A stretch of DNA of 64,000 nucleotides from Azolla caroliniana. Lineage: Eukaryota; Plantae; Polypodiophyta. The notes under the pieces were generated by a model. The model ran no database searches. It saw only the letters and a program-made list of their open reading frames with translations, and was not told the origin of the DNA. The stretch is taken from positions 2,542,001-2,606,000 of the forward strand of contig JBHGNT010000008.1 in assembly GCA_043228905.1 (NCBI GenBank), given 5' to 3'. Positions 62,801-64,000 of the stretch are shown here, piece by piece. A program made the position numbers and the translations under genes. The stretch's first letter is position 1. Each line of letters begins with the position of its first letter.

Positions 62801-64000
62801 GAACAATTAATTGTGAGCACACAATCTTACTCATGTGCACAACCTTGGTATCTTTGACATATCTAAACCTCTCATCTTCAACATCTGGTCAATTGATGTG
62901 TTTGATTGAAAAGTCTATCATACTTTTTCACGAGGGAGAGAAATTTCAAGGCATACATGTGAACATACATTTAGTTCCAACTAAAAAGAGGTACTAATGG
63001 ACTCATATCCCACCACTTATTCGTAGCATCATTGAGATTCAAAAGTCAAAGCTACTTTTCAAGATATTTTCGTTGTTGGTGGCTATTTTTAATGGCAAAG
63101 AGAGAAAGGGAAAATGCCTTCGTTTGGGTACACCAAAACAAGCTTGTTAAACCCAAGTTAACAAATCCACCCTTTGGGTATCTAGTAAATGTTTGAGACG
63201 ACAAGTATTATGGTAAATTCCCGGAGCATTTTTGGTGTTTCTCTACTCTTGTTTTGTTACAAACTTCGTCATCAAACTTTATTAGTATAAAAAACTTAGT
63301 CATCTTTACTTGATTATGGTAAAGGGTTTCTTTTAACACACGACCATGTTACTAAAGAGTTTGTTTTGTTTGTTGCGCATATTAATTTTAGCATGCCTCT
63401 TAGTTTTATTGGTCATGGTTACATCGGGAGGTGTGTCTTGGCTCTTGATAAGTTTTTCATTTATGTATACAAATTTGCGCGATATTTCCCTTTCCCAATC
63501 TTTGTAAAGGATTATTCACATAGCCTCAAGTAGACTTTGTACAAATGCATATTATCTTATTGTATTGTGCGTACGTGTCATAACGATCCCATAAAATAAT
63601 ACTAGATGTCACAACTCAGCTTCATCATTGTATGCAACACTTAACTACAAAAAAGTATTGCGTGACATTGACTGCTCTCCTATATCCATGTATACTTTTG
63701 TTTAACGTGTAGGCATTACATGTATCCTTGTGGACCTATTGGGTTTAGGTTTGGCATCCATTTTCCTTAAATTATATAGTGTTATTCATCTCTACTTTTT
63801 GATAAGCAAACAATTAATATAATGTCATTCTAGATCCAAGCATTGCATTTCAAATATATAGTCTTTGATAAATATTATAGCATGTAAGCCCTTTTACGTG
63901 TTGCACATCCCATAATGTTTCATGAAAGGATAAGGACCAACTAATCAAGTGTCATTTTAGATTCAATAAGTTTTTCATTTCCATGTACAGGGTGAAGGGC

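Overview
Plant nuclear DNA with GT-AG introns, microsatellites and nested TEs. It is most likely a fern or other non-seed plant, inferred from a fern-style PLS-PPR, a chromodomain Gypsy and a microbial-type DOPA dioxygenase. Host genes: L-type lectin receptor kinase (2085-4139), intronless microbial-type DOPA 4,5-dioxygenase (8245-8655), PLS-PPR with degenerate DYW (10024-13197), RING-H2 E3 ligase (16524-18164, partial), a biotin-synthase fragment (~47903-48097), SLX1 (49429-52728) and an ATAF-like NAC (58292-59867). Region 24995-46993 is a fully resolvable five-element nest, each element with its own target-site duplication (TSD). A solo LTR contains a MULE and a Copia; the Copia contains an 8.7-kb TIR DNA transposon and an intact chromovirus. 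The highlight is the 8.7-kb element (29938-38653; 29-bp TIRs, 4-bp TSD CCGA). Divergent from a deleted transposase-like gene, it carries a 6-exon, ~970-codon gene fusing a ParB/Srx-like domain to a prokaryotic-type beta-class N6A/N4C DNA methyltransferase. The first intron of that gene holds ten 31-bp palindromes at a 51-bp period (parS-like). This copy is disabled by point mutations. All family assignments come from motif recognition by eye; no searches were run.
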